From Bigelowiella natans CCMP2755 (taxonomy: Eukaryota > Protista > Cercozoa), in contig ADNK01002544.1 in NCBI GenBank assembly GCA_000320545.1, positions 77,974-141,973 of the forward strand: 64,000 nucleotides of DNA, written 5' to 3'. Position numbers and translations under genes: made by a program. Positions 14,393 through 29,753 of the stretch are shown piece by piece. Numbering within the stretch: position 1 is the stretch's first letter; every line of letters begins with the position of its first letter. Under the pieces are notes generated by a model. It was not told the origin of the DNA. It saw only the letters and a program-made list of their open reading frames with translations, and searched no databases.

Positions 14393-16875
14393 ATATATCA
14401 CTTTCGCTAATAAGGCTTCTAAGAGTAATGTAAATATGTCAGTAAGAACAAACAGATTACGATGTGTCACCTTATCTAGATTGTGGAAACTTTTGTTGTT
14501 GACTGTAATTACCCCTCCGCCTCTCATGTTTCCCGATATCACCACCTTTGAAATTTGATTACAATCATGCATTCTTGCATTAGGCTTTATCGCACGCTAG
14601 AATAGTACATGCGTCTATTGCATATAAAATCTGCATATAAAGAAACCCCTGATCTATACTAAAAAGGGCCTGCATCCCCACCCTCTTCCCCCCCCCCCCC
14701 GTCTTTCAGTTGCCTCCTCCCGTTCCACCCTATACAACAAATATGCACGTCTACGCATACAGGGGCTGAAGAACCGCCATTAATGCTCCGAGGATCACCA
14801 AGAAGTGCCTGAGAATTAAGGAGAAATCGTAAGGGACTTTTCCCTCTGGTGTGGTATCAAATTGAGTTGATGTCGAGAATAAGCTGGAACAATGAAATGC
14901 GTTGCTAAATGATAAGCTTTTTCCCATGCCCATGAGAGGTAGTATTGACCTTCTTGAATTCCGCGTCGTCACTACGTACCACAACCATTTTGATGTCGTA
15001 TGAAATACAATTAGATTAGTACAGAATTAATGCAAGTTTCTGAATTAAGGTCGTTTTGCGTGACAAGCATTCCCATGCGCCAAGTTAAGTCTTCGTGTGT
15101 GGAGAAGATGTAAATGATTATTACCTCATGCCGCTCCTATTCTCCTCGGTTAGAGGTATTATTCGGTTTCGGTTCTCTGTATTCCACAAACATTATTGCT
15201 AAATAGAGATATTCTTCGGTTTCGGCTTTCTGTATTTTCATAAACATTATTGATGTATTTCTTTTGCCCCTGAACGACCTTCCCTTTCCTTCCCACCACA
15301 GTGAATTGCTTAACAAAATGAAGGACAATGTCAAGGAAGCTATAGTTTGGATGCCGCTTTAGCATGCATCAACATACCTCCTTCTCCTTCGTGACGTTCG
15401 AGGGTGAGTGCCTGATTTCACCTCTCTCTGCCTTCCTAGAAACTTGCGCAGCGAATCCCGACCTTATGATTGCTTCAATTCTGTTCTTATCCGTTCTATT
15501 TCTGTTTGTTAAATGGCAGCGGGGTTGTTCGCCGTGTCTCCTTCCTTCTTCGTTGAGGTGGTGTAGGAAGAATCTTTGTTATCTTGGTGACTGTTAATCC
15601 ACGAGATGATGATTTATAAGTCAAGGAAGTAGGAATTTATTCCTAGTAGTTTACCCGACATATATATGCCAAAGGTGTGTGTTGTAGGAGGAAGAATGAG
15701 GAGCAACCGATAGAGAAGAAATGACAAGCTACGACGATGTAGCTCCGATAATTCTAAGTCTTCTTTCAGCTCTACATGAAATACTGTGCATCATGGAATT
15801 TATTACCTAAGTTTAGTTCTCAAGCAAATTCCATGTGGATCAGTATGTGCGACAATGATTTGAACGAAAATAAATACAAAAACCTCCTGGCAGGAAGTAT
15901 ACCTGGTGACAAGCTCGGAAGACTAGAAACCATTTCCCGCGTTACGACCCCTCTCTGCCCTCTGCTAGCTTCGGAGCTAGCCTCTAGAAACATGTCAAAG
16001 AGGGATGCACATGGCGAGGGATCTTCACGCTTAAGAGTTTGGACCAACCTACTGCAAATACGATACCTCCTTGCCTAACTAAGATCTCTTATCACGAAGG
16101 TTGCATCGCCCGACCCGAAAAAGAAGACTGACCTCAAGAATAATCTGGGAAAGCTGTTTGGTGATATCGAGGTCAACAGCTTCTTATACTGCAGCGTTCC
16201 TTTTCTGATGCTCCATCTGAAACGTCACCTTTTTATCGAATCAGAAAAAGGCAGAGATGATCCTGAATCTGGTAGCTTCATATGTTGATGAGCCCCCTCT
16301 CCTATCAACTCCCCAAAATAGCGTCATTTCTTTATCAATAAATGAATATATATTTCAGAAAATCCCACAGAAAGTTTCGCTATTTACCAAGCTTCACATG
16401 GTCGTTGTTGTCAGTAAATAGATTGTCGCTTGCATTATTCTGATTGTCTTGTTATTTGTAGTAGTACAATAATCATGGCCACAAGTTGATGATAGATGAT
16501 AGATGCATGACGGCGTCCACGTTGACCCCAACATTATCTGCATGCAACAGGAATCTTCTAAATCTAAACCTGATGCTGTCGTTGTTTCTAAGCACGGGGC
16601 TGAAATCAATAAGGTAGTAGTGTAGTACTGCTGTTCAGCTCAGAGTGATAGTAGATAGAAAAGAGTAAATCCAGAGCTCTAATAGCACGATATAACCGCT
16701 TCTTGGTTGCCTAATCAATACATCGCGATGTAAATTTTAGGAGAGTTGCACCAAATCTGTTAATATTTAAGTGATGTCATTGTAACCATTATCGACATGA
16801 TCTCATCATTGTCATTACTGTCGTCATCATCATCTTCGTATTGGGCATCATTATCTTTATCACCTTAACGTTGTA

Positions 16876-17482
16876 GTCGATTAAAGATTTTACGGATACG
16901 ATGAAAGTGGAGATATCAGATCTATTAGATTTTCTCATGACTCTTCGGTCAGTTTCATCAACGTGAAGAATTTTTTATGTTGAGTTTAAATTCGTTTGCA
17001 TTCAATATTTTCCCTAAATTATTTAAAGGATGTGGGTGCAGCTAAAAGTGCCAGAAATGTCGGACGGAAACAATTTCGGTAAATACGAAAGTATGTGATA
17101 AGGAGAAGGAGAACGACGTAAACATTCTTCTTCGACTGAATTTTAAACTTTTAAAGTTTAATAGTTGGACAACTATGCAATTCCCTGAAAGATGACGCCG
17201 TAGGCTTCTTTGGATTATTTATTCCTATGCGCATTTGTTCATTTAGGGGTGGGAGTGCAAGAGGAAATAATCCAATTGTTGCTTGCAGGAAGGACCCCTA
17301 GTAAGTAAAGTTGTCAAACTGAAAGCAATTTTCTTGGGGTGGCATTGGGAAATACATCTGAATCAATGCTCTCAATTATCAGTTCTCTCGGTGTTGGAGA
17401 GTTCGGTTTCTTACTTTGTTAAGAGAGGCAAATTATTGACAAAGGTGTACGAGTTCAGAAAATGGAATTATTTTCCATTTCA

Positions 17483-17513
<31 letters not shown>

Positions 17514-18500
17514 GAAAGTATAGCAGTTTTCGTCGTTTTTACAATAGTTTCGCTTGTATTTTATATTTCTGACCGATTGCGATTTACTATCAAGGTTATC
17601 AAGTATCCGAATGTACAAGACTATAGAAAAGGGTTTCTCATACTTGTACACCAACATTAAATTTATTTCCCAACATCTCATTCAATCTAATAGTCAACAT
17701 CATCGTGACTACATCGTCAATCTATACACAAATGCTTTTCGAAGCATTTGTTTCATTAGTTCATAAAAGCATTTTATTTGATATACATACAGAGTAGAAG
17801 AGTTGGACGAAGCTCATTGGCACTGTCTTTTGAATGCCAGCTTGGACCTCAGGTAGGAATTATTCTGAAAAACGTTTCATATAACCTGGAAATATATCAA
17901 TACCTTGCTGTGACTTTAATAACGAGTCAAAATTGAGCAGTAAGACCAAAAGCAAAAGACTCATGTTTTTTTTGTAAACAGTTTTCCATAAATGAGGAAG
18001 AATATGAACTACCTGTACCTTTTAGATTTACCATTCATTCGATATATTTTTCAATTGATAAGGATTTTTATTATCATTATCGTAGAAACTATTGTGTGAC
18101 TCTAAAAGACACAATGACCAAAAACATCAAAAAAATAAAACAGCCAAGGTAAAAATACGTCAGATGGTATGCATAGAAGATAATATCCAATCTCTTATTT
18201 TTCATCGTGTGGATTCTTATTCATATTCGGGTTATGTGATGAGAGCAATTTTGTGGACGCGAAACTGTTTGCATACCATAATTTAATGTGTTGGCATTAA
18301 ATTAGGAGTAAAAATTTAGGTCAAAGTTTGTATTAGAAGATAAAGCCACAGCATCGGCACATGGTAATTACAGATTTCACTTACGATAGTGATGATGAAG
18401 GGCGCTGCAGCCACGTTTTGCATCGTTTACTCGATGTGCTATCAAACAAAGAGATGCACAGCAACATCAAGTCAATGCATCATTACGTAAATTATCAAAT
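16876..18500 (+). CDS. Probable multi-exon gene, unknown product; boundaries approximate
   Basis: A series of short AG...GT-bounded open segments, e.g. SIKDFTDTMKVEISDLLDFLMTLR, VLSVLESSVSYFVKRGKLLTK, VEELDEAHWHCLLNASLDL. Confidence 0.35.
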
Positions 18501-19050
18501 CAATGAATGATATCCAAGTCACTGACTCGTGCAGCATTCGCATCTTGGAGTACTTGTACAGATCTGCGTGATAGATTATTTTGCTCTGTCGGTTTTGTTG
18601 TTGCGCTTGCAAATTGATGGAATTGCACACGCTATAGCTAGCTAGCACGGCGCTGCACGCAAATTTTGATTAGCGCATTACCGTTCAAAATCAAGTGCAT
18701 TTTCTGTAGCTCTACTAGCCAACTAACTAGCTAGCACCATTCAACGACAGCTATGTTCACATGCATGCAAAACCTGTTTGAATTACACGATGCTTTGCTA
18801 TACTCATCTTTGAGTGGAGACCCTTGGCTAGTTGGGTGTGAGTCTAAGTGCACACCATGCCAGCACATCTAGACATGCCGCATGCATGCCTCTGCTAGCT
18901 CTGCCGTGCATGGAGGTGGTACAATTTTGAAGCGCAGCACAACTACAAGTTGCAATTACGATGCCGACACCGCACGCAAAACGCTGCTGCTACATGAAAA
19001 TGACAATGCAAAAACAATTTAATTTATAAATTCGATAAGAAATAATGCAG

Positions 19051-19578
19051 CTATGACAATGAAACGTCTCGGATGAAATGATTGCAATTTGAACTCAGCG
19101 CTTCTCCTTTCCTGGCAAATATATACAAGTAAACGGCGCGTAGGTCTGGTAGGACATCACCAAAAATCGTGTAATCATTGCATCCAATATCAACTCCCCC
19201 CCCTCCTCCTGCTCCTCCTCCGTAAGAACAATTCTCGAGCATGAATACGATATTCAATCCTGGAGGAGGAGACATACAAGTTATTTGTGTGAAGGGCAGT
19301 AAGTATTTATACTTGGCACGTTTTTGTATTTCGGGAGGACTAGGAAAAATGATATAAGGCCAATTACCACTACTATCACTACTACTACTACTACTACCAT
19401 ACTGCTATAGTGTACTGCTACTACTTAACAGCATATTAAATGCACGAAAATATCGTCACATTCATCAAAAACTGATAGGATCTTCCTCTACTACCACTGT
19501 CGGTCTGTTTTAAGCTTGAGAGATGGCGAGAGATGGTCATATAACTCTTGCACAATTGTGTTTAGGTACCTAGGGTGT

Positions 19579-19619
<41 letters not shown>

Positions 19620-21400
19620 AAGTTGTTTGTTGTGGAGCATGTGATGTGACGACGTTACAACTGTTTCTGGTATTATAGCTTGTATGCTTACTACTACTAC
19701 TTTTTATGGGTGAGGTCTCTTAAGCTACGTCGCAATAACTCTGCAATCGTGTGCCCCCTCTAATACAACATCATTCGTCATTATATGATTAGTGAAATAG
19801 TGCCTCGATGACGACTGAAAAGAACCGCAACCTTCCAATATGATATGCACACCTTTTTATCAAATATGCCCTGCTAGTTGTTTTCTTTCAATAATCACAT
19901 CTTCCTACGATAGTATCACCTTCACAATCATGATGTTTTCGTGTCCTGCCTTCCTCAATATGCTGTCGGAACGTCCTGTTGTTTATGTGATTCATTCGTG
20001 AATACCAATATCGTAGTACTAGGCAGATGCGGTTTCAGTAGAGATCGGTAGTAATAACGGTTGTAGATATAATCGCTTCTTTCTTATTCGTTTCGGGTGG
20101 TGGAAGGTTAGGCATGACAGACAATCCACACTCCATAACGTTTGTTCATCTATTACTTCAACTGCACGTATGGTCCCAAAACGAAACATGGGAGAGTTAT
20201 AACTATCTTGTTTTTAATATCATTTGTGGAATATCGTGTGAGCATCATCTCCCACAAATCATGTCGCCTCGGCTACTTCCACGTCAACTCATCGCTATCA
20301 CCAATATTTGATAGGCTATCACCAATATTTGATAGAAAGTCCCAAGATAACATCCAGGTAGAGTTCCCATCAGGATGATGCATACTGCTGTCTGTGAGCA
20401 TTCCAATATTCATAATGAATGATGTGATATATGATTTAGCAAAGAAGACTGGGTACATAAGTTTGTAGTATAGGTGTTATGGGTCGCAATAGTGCTCGTA
20501 TCCTGTGATGCTTATTTGTAGTTTGTGATTGTTTGTAGCGGCAGCGGTAGCATGGAATAATGACCTTTCGAAAAAGACACAAACTCTCCTTGTCCCGCAA
20601 ATAGAAAACTGGAGAACAAATGCAATAGCGGTAGTAACACAATCAGCACAATGGATATTAATCCCTGTAGGCGAGCTTGGACATCACGTAAGAACCAACA
20701 GCATGAATATCTATATTAAGCCGTGTAACGTCAAGATGCTCACAAAAAACAATTTTCTTGCATCTTGGTGCAAAGTAGCACCAACGACGAACGACTATCA
20801 CTACACAACAACTAGCAGAGTCAAGGTGCACAATAATAATACTTAATCGGATTCTTGAAAGTTGACCAGATGATACCTCGCCAAGCTGCCTTGAATTCAG
20901 CCTGGAAGAACACACACACACACACACACGCAAACGCACGCACGCACATTAACATTACAAAGATATCACTCTTAGATATACATTACATATATTATATTAT
21001 TTGTATAAAATATTCTGGAAATAACGTATAAATTGTATACGTTTAGATTGTTCGTATCTATCACTATATAAAATACAAATATGCAAATGCCAAGCTATTT
21101 TTAGAAGACAGCCACCCTTTCCTCTCGCTCAAAGTCTTCCTTCATTTTGTGCTCTTTTCGAACGCGCAATATCGAGTTCTTTGAAGCTGTCATTGTTGCC
21201 GACGGTGACGATGAAGTAGATGCCGACCTAAGATTGATGTTAAGCAGTCAAATACTCATTTTCTCAGAATGCTGTACATATACGCATATTTGCTCAAAGT
21301 TTATTCAGTTATCAAGGAGCCTACATTTCGTTCTCAATACCCGCTCGATGAAATTGAGCTTTCCCGGCTGATGCTGATGAATCCGTAAAATCAATGAATG
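19051..21400 (-). CDS. Probable multi-exon membrane-protein gene, unknown family; boundaries approximate
   Basis: Phase-compatible exons ...KEHKMKEDFEREER|AEFKAAWRGIIWSTFKNPI|KYSCCWFLRDVQARLQGLISIVLIVLLPLLHLFSSFLFAGQGEF, including a hydrophobic segment. Confidence 0.45.
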
Positions 21401-22848
21401 GCACATGTACTGATTGTGCGAGTCTACTAGAACATTTCCTCGAAGCATAACGCATAACAAATCATCTGTAGAGCAAAGCACTATCCATCCTTTGCATGTC
21501 GATTGGAAAACGGTAGTCTAAATAATTTGATACAAATTCCAACATTACTACCTCGCGGTGGATATAACCGCGTCATCCACGATTCTTTTATTTTCGTGGT
21601 CGAATCTAATCATTGCGCAATCGTTAGTTATTTTGTGGAATAAACATCGTTTTTTCAGGGCGTTGCTCCCGTAATCTTATCAACCTTACACTCTTTGATA
21701 TCGGGCGGCAATACATACTGTGTGTGGCACCGTTCTTTTGTTCCTACTTCCCCAAAACACACAATCGCAAGCAACTTCAACCAATTAGAGTACTTCCGCG
21801 AAGATAACTTGGATAACGATGATGGAATTTTGTCACGCTCGGCCCAAATAAATATAACTTTGGCGACCATCGAAGAAGTTTATGATGATATGATTTTGCG
21901 TTGTTAACCTTAAAATGCCCCCACCACTAGGTGGAGAGCTTTGTGCAAGCACTTCTTCAATGCTTTGCACAGAATCTATCTCGATTTGAACCTACGAATC
22001 CCGGATATCCGGGATATTACATGAACTAACCAAATTCTATTGCAATTACATATGACGACTATCACATTTTGCTCAGATATGAAAAATACACAAACCCTTA
22101 CCCGCTTTTTATCCTCAGATTCTAATTATGATGTTACACAACTTTTATTTCGACTAAACAAGGAAGAAAAATCCATGAGGATTTTTTTTTTGCATGAATT
22201 CAATCGTGATTTGTGAATTTTGATGAGAAAAACTGTCTCAATTTAGGCTGTATCGTTCTGCCACTGTGGCGCCCACACGGTCGGAGCGCTAAAATAGAGT
22301 CGTAGATGCAATATCGCTGGAAAGAGTGCGAATTCGAGTGAAATCATTCCGAGAACCGAGAACCAACAGAAGTTTCATTTTCTCTTTTTTCCACTGGAAA
22401 GAAGCAGTAATTTAGCCTAAAACTACCTCAACAGCTTCTTTCTCGTGAAAAATTAGAGAAAAGGTACGATGGCATTAAAACCCAAAATGCAGAGGAAAAC
22501 CATGAAAATTGTGCCGAAACCACTTGCCATTTGGCACTTACTTTAGTATTACTGCCTGTAGTAGTACATGGGACGACGATTGAATGCCGCTTCTAATTCC
22601 CTGCGCTCGTATCTACCGTCAATTAATCAGAGACGATTTTTCTAGTTTTTTCTATTTTTGATGGAGAACGATAATAAATCCATGGCTATTTAATCATGCG
22701 ACTGGGAACATTGAGTCATGATCGCCTACGAATGAATGGACAATCACAGAAGGAAATAAAGTACATTTCTACATTGCGTCATAAATTAATTTGTGTATCG
22801 TACATAAAACCGCAGTAGGAAACTGTTGCTCCATCGCTGATCAGAGCC

Positions 22849-23206
22849 ATGGCTGGGGAAGCCATCGCCGGCCAATCAGCAAATGGGGTGAGGGGCTATC
22901 AAATAAAACCGTGAAGAGGCGTTTATCATCATTTTTCGAATCGATTCATAGGGCAGACACGATTTATCTATGTATTTTGTTGTTCACAGGGCTCTGTTGA
23001 GTCAAAGCACCCATCCTCTCGTAAGATTCCGATGAAGACTATTGGAGATTGGGGAAGCTTTGTCCTTTTAGTGAATAACATGATGTCACATGGGCTTGTA
23101 GTTATGCCGCTAGCATACCAGGTAGTCGATTAAAATTTCTTCTTAGCTTGTAACATTTGAAATTGATAGCGATGATGATCTGTACGTGCAACGTACTGAG
23201 CAAGCG

Positions 23207-23245
<39 letters not shown>

Positions 23246-23394
23246 CACAACACATCCATAGATATAATACAACATGATGAGTTTCGAAATCAGTTAAGAA
23301 TGCCGGATTTAGTTTCATTTCTCTGTTGTGTAGCATACAGGATGGTTGGGAATGATAATCATGATCGGTACTTACGAAGCATTTGTAGTACATC

Positions 23395-23428
<34 letters not shown>

Positions 23429-24306
23429 TATTGTTGTTGTGGTAGTTGTAGCAATACAAATTCAAATCTTCACTTCTGCATTTTCGCTTATAATGCTCGA
23501 ATTTCCGCCTGCTTATGCCACAGCATCCTCAACGGTAGTCGACAGATGATACGTGCATGCATTGAGAAGGCAAGATGTAATAATGGACACCATTACATTG
23601 CGCAGGTTTATGCTCGTACATGTCGTCTTTCGGCATCTCATTTCTAGCGGAAGCAATGGTAGCTCCGATCATATCTTTGGTGAACATTTTGGTTGTTTGA
23701 CATTGCAGGCATCATGTTATAATCGGCAGCACATATCCTGCTTAATACGAATAACGAATGTGGATACTATTTGAATATGTGCGTGGAGTATACACGCATA
23801 TACGCACGCGCACATAAATCCGTAGACAACTCCCGTGTTTACACATAAGAGGACACCTTGGTGTATCTATTAGTTACTCCGATGATATGATTTTTGTAGT
23901 CGATCATTCCTGGAAATGAGAGGTTTCAAGGGAGGGTTACCTTCATGAGAATATGCGAGACTTATCTCTCGAAAAGGTGTTATTCGAACGTTGCTATTAT
24001 TGGTTGTACACGTCTTGAAGAATGTTCTCATTTGTTTCGACCTGTTTCTTGGCCAATCAACCGACTAGCGCTATTGTAGAAGCTACACACACTTAGAGTA
24101 GCAAGTATTACCACGTCGTCAGCACGTTGATACCATAGAGATTTTGGCCGAAACCCATACGTGAGGGGTGTATTGCTTATTCCCTCCAACGCCATCATGA
24201 TGATAACGTTATATAACCCAACTATCACCTCTTGGATAACCTCAAACGCATGTGTTGTAGAAGTAGTACTAGTAAAAGTCGTCAAATATATACACGTGTT
24301 TTAAAC

Positions 24307-24337
<31 letters not shown>

Positions 24338-24411
24338 CAAATAACATGTTAATGCCATTGCTGTTCGAAAGTCACTAAATCTTCCTCCTCTTCCTCCTTC
24401 CCCTCCCGGTG

Positions 24412-24442
<31 letters not shown>

Positions 24443-24696
24443 GCGACTACTACTATTATTACTATAACCATTACAATAGATCCGCTGCCATAGCTCTAGC
24501 ATTGTTTCTTACCTGGATTGTCGTGTCAAACACCAGTGCTATCGTGCTCACAGCACAGGTATTAGTATTCGTGTATTATTGTCAAGCATTCTTCTTGTTT
24601 GAGCGCACTTAATGATGGGAATGATGATGAAGAGGAGGAGGGTGCTGAAGAGGAGGAGGAAGAGAGTCAATCAATATGCTTTAGATATAATTCGAT

Positions 24697-24737
<41 letters not shown>

Positions 24738-24893
24738 TAATATATATATTATTAAACTAGACGGCCGATCAAGCCATGCTATCATCTGGAGCTGCCTGTG
24801 CCCTTGAGTATTATCCCCAATTTAGGTTGTTACTTCCCCTTCACAACACACGCGCACACAAACTAATACACACACACACAGACACATGCACAT

Positions 24894-24930
<37 letters not shown>

Positions 24931-25301
24931 TACGTGCTGAAAACAACGACAGCCACAACACCTGACACATTGTACTTGTAACCATTAATAGTTGCCCAGA
25001 TTTTGCCATTACTTCACGTGCTTTACCTCAATCCAGCATTAGCACTTCATGTTCATTATCTGATAACCTTGCTTGACCCCCCTTCCTCTCCTTCTTCTTC
25101 TTCCTCCTCTCTTTAGATTCAAATGCATAACGCAAGGGGCTAAGGAAGATTCGGTTTTTGGCAATTCTTGGGTGTGAAATCATCATCATCATCATCACCA
25201 CCATCATCATCATCATCAATATCCTCATTGCATGAGGGTAACAAATGCAAATAAGCGGCATATTTTAACATGCTCTCTCACACACGCACACGCACACGCT
25301 T

Positions 25302-25345
<44 letters not shown>

Positions 25346-25348
25346 CCA

Positions 25349-25398
<50 letters not shown>

Positions 25399-25693
25399 GC
25401 AGCACCTATATATCCCCTGCCCCCATTTTGCACCTTCTTCTGCATCGTTGATAGCACTCTCGGTTTGATGCTCTCTTGTCTCTCCTCTCTTTCTCTCGAT
25501 CGCACCATACGCATGGTTACTCCTAACTCAAATCCCAACACTAGCAAGCGTTGCTGAAATGAATGCGCATGTTATATCACCAGGTACTCTCCCTCGGCTT
25601 CGTCCTCACTTCGTGTATTACCATTCCCTTCTCTCTCGTGGATATCAGAGAGAATATGATGGCTCAGGTTTGTACATATGTGTGTTTTGTGTG

Positions 25694-25733
<40 letters not shown>

Positions 25734-26171
25734 ACAGAGCCCATAGTAAAAACTGATTGGTTTTGCTTTGTACCAGTCGGTGACGTTCATTGGGATATTC
25801 GTCATTATGGTGACGTGGACCAGCTTCTTCCTATCAAAGGACCTTGAAGACTCAAGGTGCTACCAGTAGTAGCTGCATGTATGCTACATTGCTATGCTCT
25901 ACATTGCTGCGGTGCTGACGATAATGGCGATGGTGATGATAATTGCGCTTGGCGGATACGATGATGACCGACAATGTGGGAGGTCATTTCCACGCTGGTG
26001 GTATGGTGATGATGATTTGACGATGATTTGATGGTGGTTTGACGGTGGTGTGATGGCTGGATAGAGTCCCTGTGATTGGCCAGTCTGGAAGAGGAGTTGG
26101 GTATCTACATATATTTATGTACATTTGCATATATGATATATTAGCCGTCGAGTGGTCTGTGTAACGTCTAC

Positions 26172-26209
<38 letters not shown>

Positions 26210-26472
26210 GACTTACTGCTATCAAGCAGCAAGTTGCCTTGTTCGAAACAATGCGTATTATAACAATCCCCCACGAGCATCGATGATGATGCTGCCCGTG
26301 GGCTAATCGTCGTATAGAATACAAATGCACCGATTCTCCTGACAATCCTTTTCTTTTTCCTAATATATTTATTCTTGCTGCTGCTGCTTGCTGCAGGTTT
26401 GTACTGTTCAACTTCGCATATGTGGTATATGCTCCGGCCTGGATTAACGAAAAACGGTTACTGTGTGTATAG

Positions 26473-26504
<32 letters not shown>

Positions 26505-26724
26505 TTGGTGATGTTGGTGATACAATACGATGGTGGTGGTGGTGATGATGATGATGATGATGATGAGGATGATGGTTATGAGGATGATGGTTATGAGGGT
26601 GCACTCTTATACTGCACAGCTGTTAAATAGTGCCGATATGTGAGAGGACAGCGTTAGCATATACCCTCTAAGCTCTATTGTAGATCGCTGCTGCTATGTC
26701 ATTCATATACAAATTATATATATT

Positions 26725-26763
<39 letters not shown>

Positions 26764-27239
26764 AATATACATATATATGTACATATCCGTTCGAATGGCC
26801 GCAAACACATAATACGCATACGTGATAACATACATTACACGTGTGATAGCATAACATCATCATGATTGCGCTATGCTGCTTACAGGTCCACGGTTGATAT
26901 CGAGTCCATACTTGTCTGGTCAACGCTACTCGGGGTGCGATTTCCTATGCTGAAAACGCCAAATTCAAACGACTCGGATTTGATCGTCATTGTTGTTGTT
27001 GTCGTCGTTTTCATTGTTTTATTTTCTTCTTTCTGCCCTTTTTGTTCTTCTTCCCTTTCTCTCTTGCCTCTGGCTAAGGCGATGGTCTTCATGGTCCCTT
27101 GTCTTCTCGGAGCTGTTGCTCTTGACTTTTCAAATGGTACTGGAGGAGGGGGGAGGGGGGGGGGGGGGGCACGGTTAGTTTACACGGAGAGTTAGCGCTT
27201 TTCGTTGTGGTGTTTTCCATTAGCAGTGCCTAACGTATA

Positions 27240-27278
<39 letters not shown>

Positions 27279-29720
27279 GTTACATATGTGCACAGTACAG
27301 ATATTTCTTCTCTCTCTTTCCCTCACAGGTCAAGACTTGCTTGCACTTCTCACACTAAAGAGTACACCGGTAAGTAGCCGCCGGCTAAGCTGCTGTTGTT
27401 GCCCTCATTTCTCTCTCTCTCTCTCTCCCTCTTTCTCTCTCTTTATTGACACTTCTGGCGTCGTATGCCACGATATAGTGAAGCAATATATTCTAATCAT
27501 CATCGTCATCACCATCATCGTCGTCGTCAGCGTCGTCATTGTAATCACCATCATCATACTCACCATAATCATTGGCGTTCTCCATCTCTCAGGTCTGGGT
27601 TCAAATATGCACGTACACGTACCCGCTATTCGAGACACTGTCTTCGATTCCAATTTTCAGCATCATCATGCGCTACAACCTCGTAGAGAACAAAATGTAC
27701 TATTTGCAATCATAGCAGTAGCGCCACTAAAAAATTTCATTGTAGTCTCTCTCTTGCTCCCTTTCTCTCTCTTCTCTCTCTCTCTCTCTCTCTCTCTCAT
27801 CCCCCCCTTCCTTTCGAGCGTGACGATCTACATCAACCATCATTTGATGCAATACCATGATTTTACTACAATAGAGTGATAAATGCAATAATCAGACAAC
27901 GAGTGAGCAAGATGTTTCTTTTCTTTTAACCCTGCATTGTTGTTCCATTGTTGTTGTGGTTGCATCGATCTGCATGGACATTCCATGTGACGTCGCCTTT
28001 AGATGCTCTTTCAAATGGGCGATTTTCTGGTCTGTTTGCCTCCCATGGTGAGTACGCGCTATTGCTATGATTACCTATACTATTCGTAGCAGTGTTGTTG
28101 TCATTTATTACTTAATTGAAATAATTATTCATATCATTAGTATTGGTGTTACCACTTTAGCAGTAGTAGTAATCGTAGCGGTAGTCGTAAAAGTAGGCTA
28201 ATACATACACACACATATATGTATTCGAGCTAATGCACACACACACACACACACACACATATGTAATTGAGAGTGTTGGCCGTGACCATTTCACACCATG
28301 GCGAAGACAGACGAAGATGAGCAGGAGGACCGCTCACATGCATGCTGCAACCGATGCCGTTTTACCCCCAGATCTGAGAAGCACATATCACGATTTAAAC
28401 ATGTAACACATGTGCTTTAATGATATTAGGGTTATTGCCCTTCCCTTCTATGCTGGCGACATGGTAATTGGTATGAGTAGAGCATGATGCTAGAAGAGAA
28501 GAGAGCCATATCCATAGGCAGGCAGGGAACAACATCCATAATTGGAATGCGTGGTTGACTTCACAGCAATACTCAAGTCGATGTGTAGTCTGCATTTCTA
28601 TGTTTGAGTGGTATGCTCGTGTCTTTTCACTGTCGGGCCTCTTCCTCGTCCTCCTTTCATCGCCCCTTGTTTCTTTAGCATCGTCAGTTAGCATGCATTG
28701 GGGTTGCCATAGCACGCACTGTTGATTCGTGCAACCATCCATCGTGCGAGTAGGTCAATGCTATCGTGTCATGGACGGGTATTCTGATTGCAGGTGATAG
28801 CATCACTGACAGTAGCAACAACAACAAACGGCAGCTACGACTGCTGCTACTGCTAGTGAGAGGCGTTGGATGATAAGACCAGAGAAAACATCTAGGATTT
28901 GTGTTTTTGCTTAATATAGTGGCAATAAACGGATTTATTATGCTATATCTTATCTACCACACAGGGCCTACGAATCTAATCATTCCTGCTTTGATATATC
29001 TCGCTGTCAGTAGAAAAAGGAAGGAGGTCACACCACCGTCATCACCATCATCATCAACATTCCACGTGCACTCTCTTCTTTCTCCTAGCAAACGACAAAT
29101 ACCCACAACGGCTCCATCGCTCGCACACTCTTACGCACTCTACCAAAAAGGACAGCATACATCTTCAATAATCCTCATTTCTGATCGTATTTCTTGCTAT
29201 AACAGTTGTTGTCGTCGTCAAGAAAGGCAGGGCGATCTCCCGCATCCAGTGCCCCTGCGCCACTTCTTCTCGACCGCAAGCGGCAGCACTATGAGGATGA
29301 TGGTGACAACAATGATTTTGGAGACGACGAGAAGAGACTCTTGGAAGACCCGCAGTAAGAATCTTCCTACCAACAAGCAACATGACAGACGATACCGAAG
29401 ATGAACATTAATACACGCAGGGCTTACAAAACTCTATGCGTGTGTCTTTGTTTTTTTTTTTTACACACAGAAACTCCGAAGATGATGACGAGTATGATAG
29501 CTTCGCCCCGACAGGTGGGGAAGGCAGTATTTTGACTTCTATTATGTCGCATATTATAAGAAGAATAGCACAATATTGTTCCTATTACGAATAAACCGTA
29601 AGCAAACATACAACACACTTATAATACGGGTTGCTATCACAGGGACAGTACATATAAATAATGTCACATTATGATTTCTATAGAGAAATAGATACATTTA
29701 TAATATAATATAGAATACAA

Positions 29721-29753
<33 letters not shown>

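Noticed and set aside
15364-16290. Possible gene or TE remnant
   Set aside because: Open stretches but no recognisable motif or consistent splice pattern.
20295-20335. 21-bp tandem duplication CTATCACCAATATTTGATAG
   Set aside because: Two copies only, at a probable exon/intron boundary; most likely a simple local duplication.
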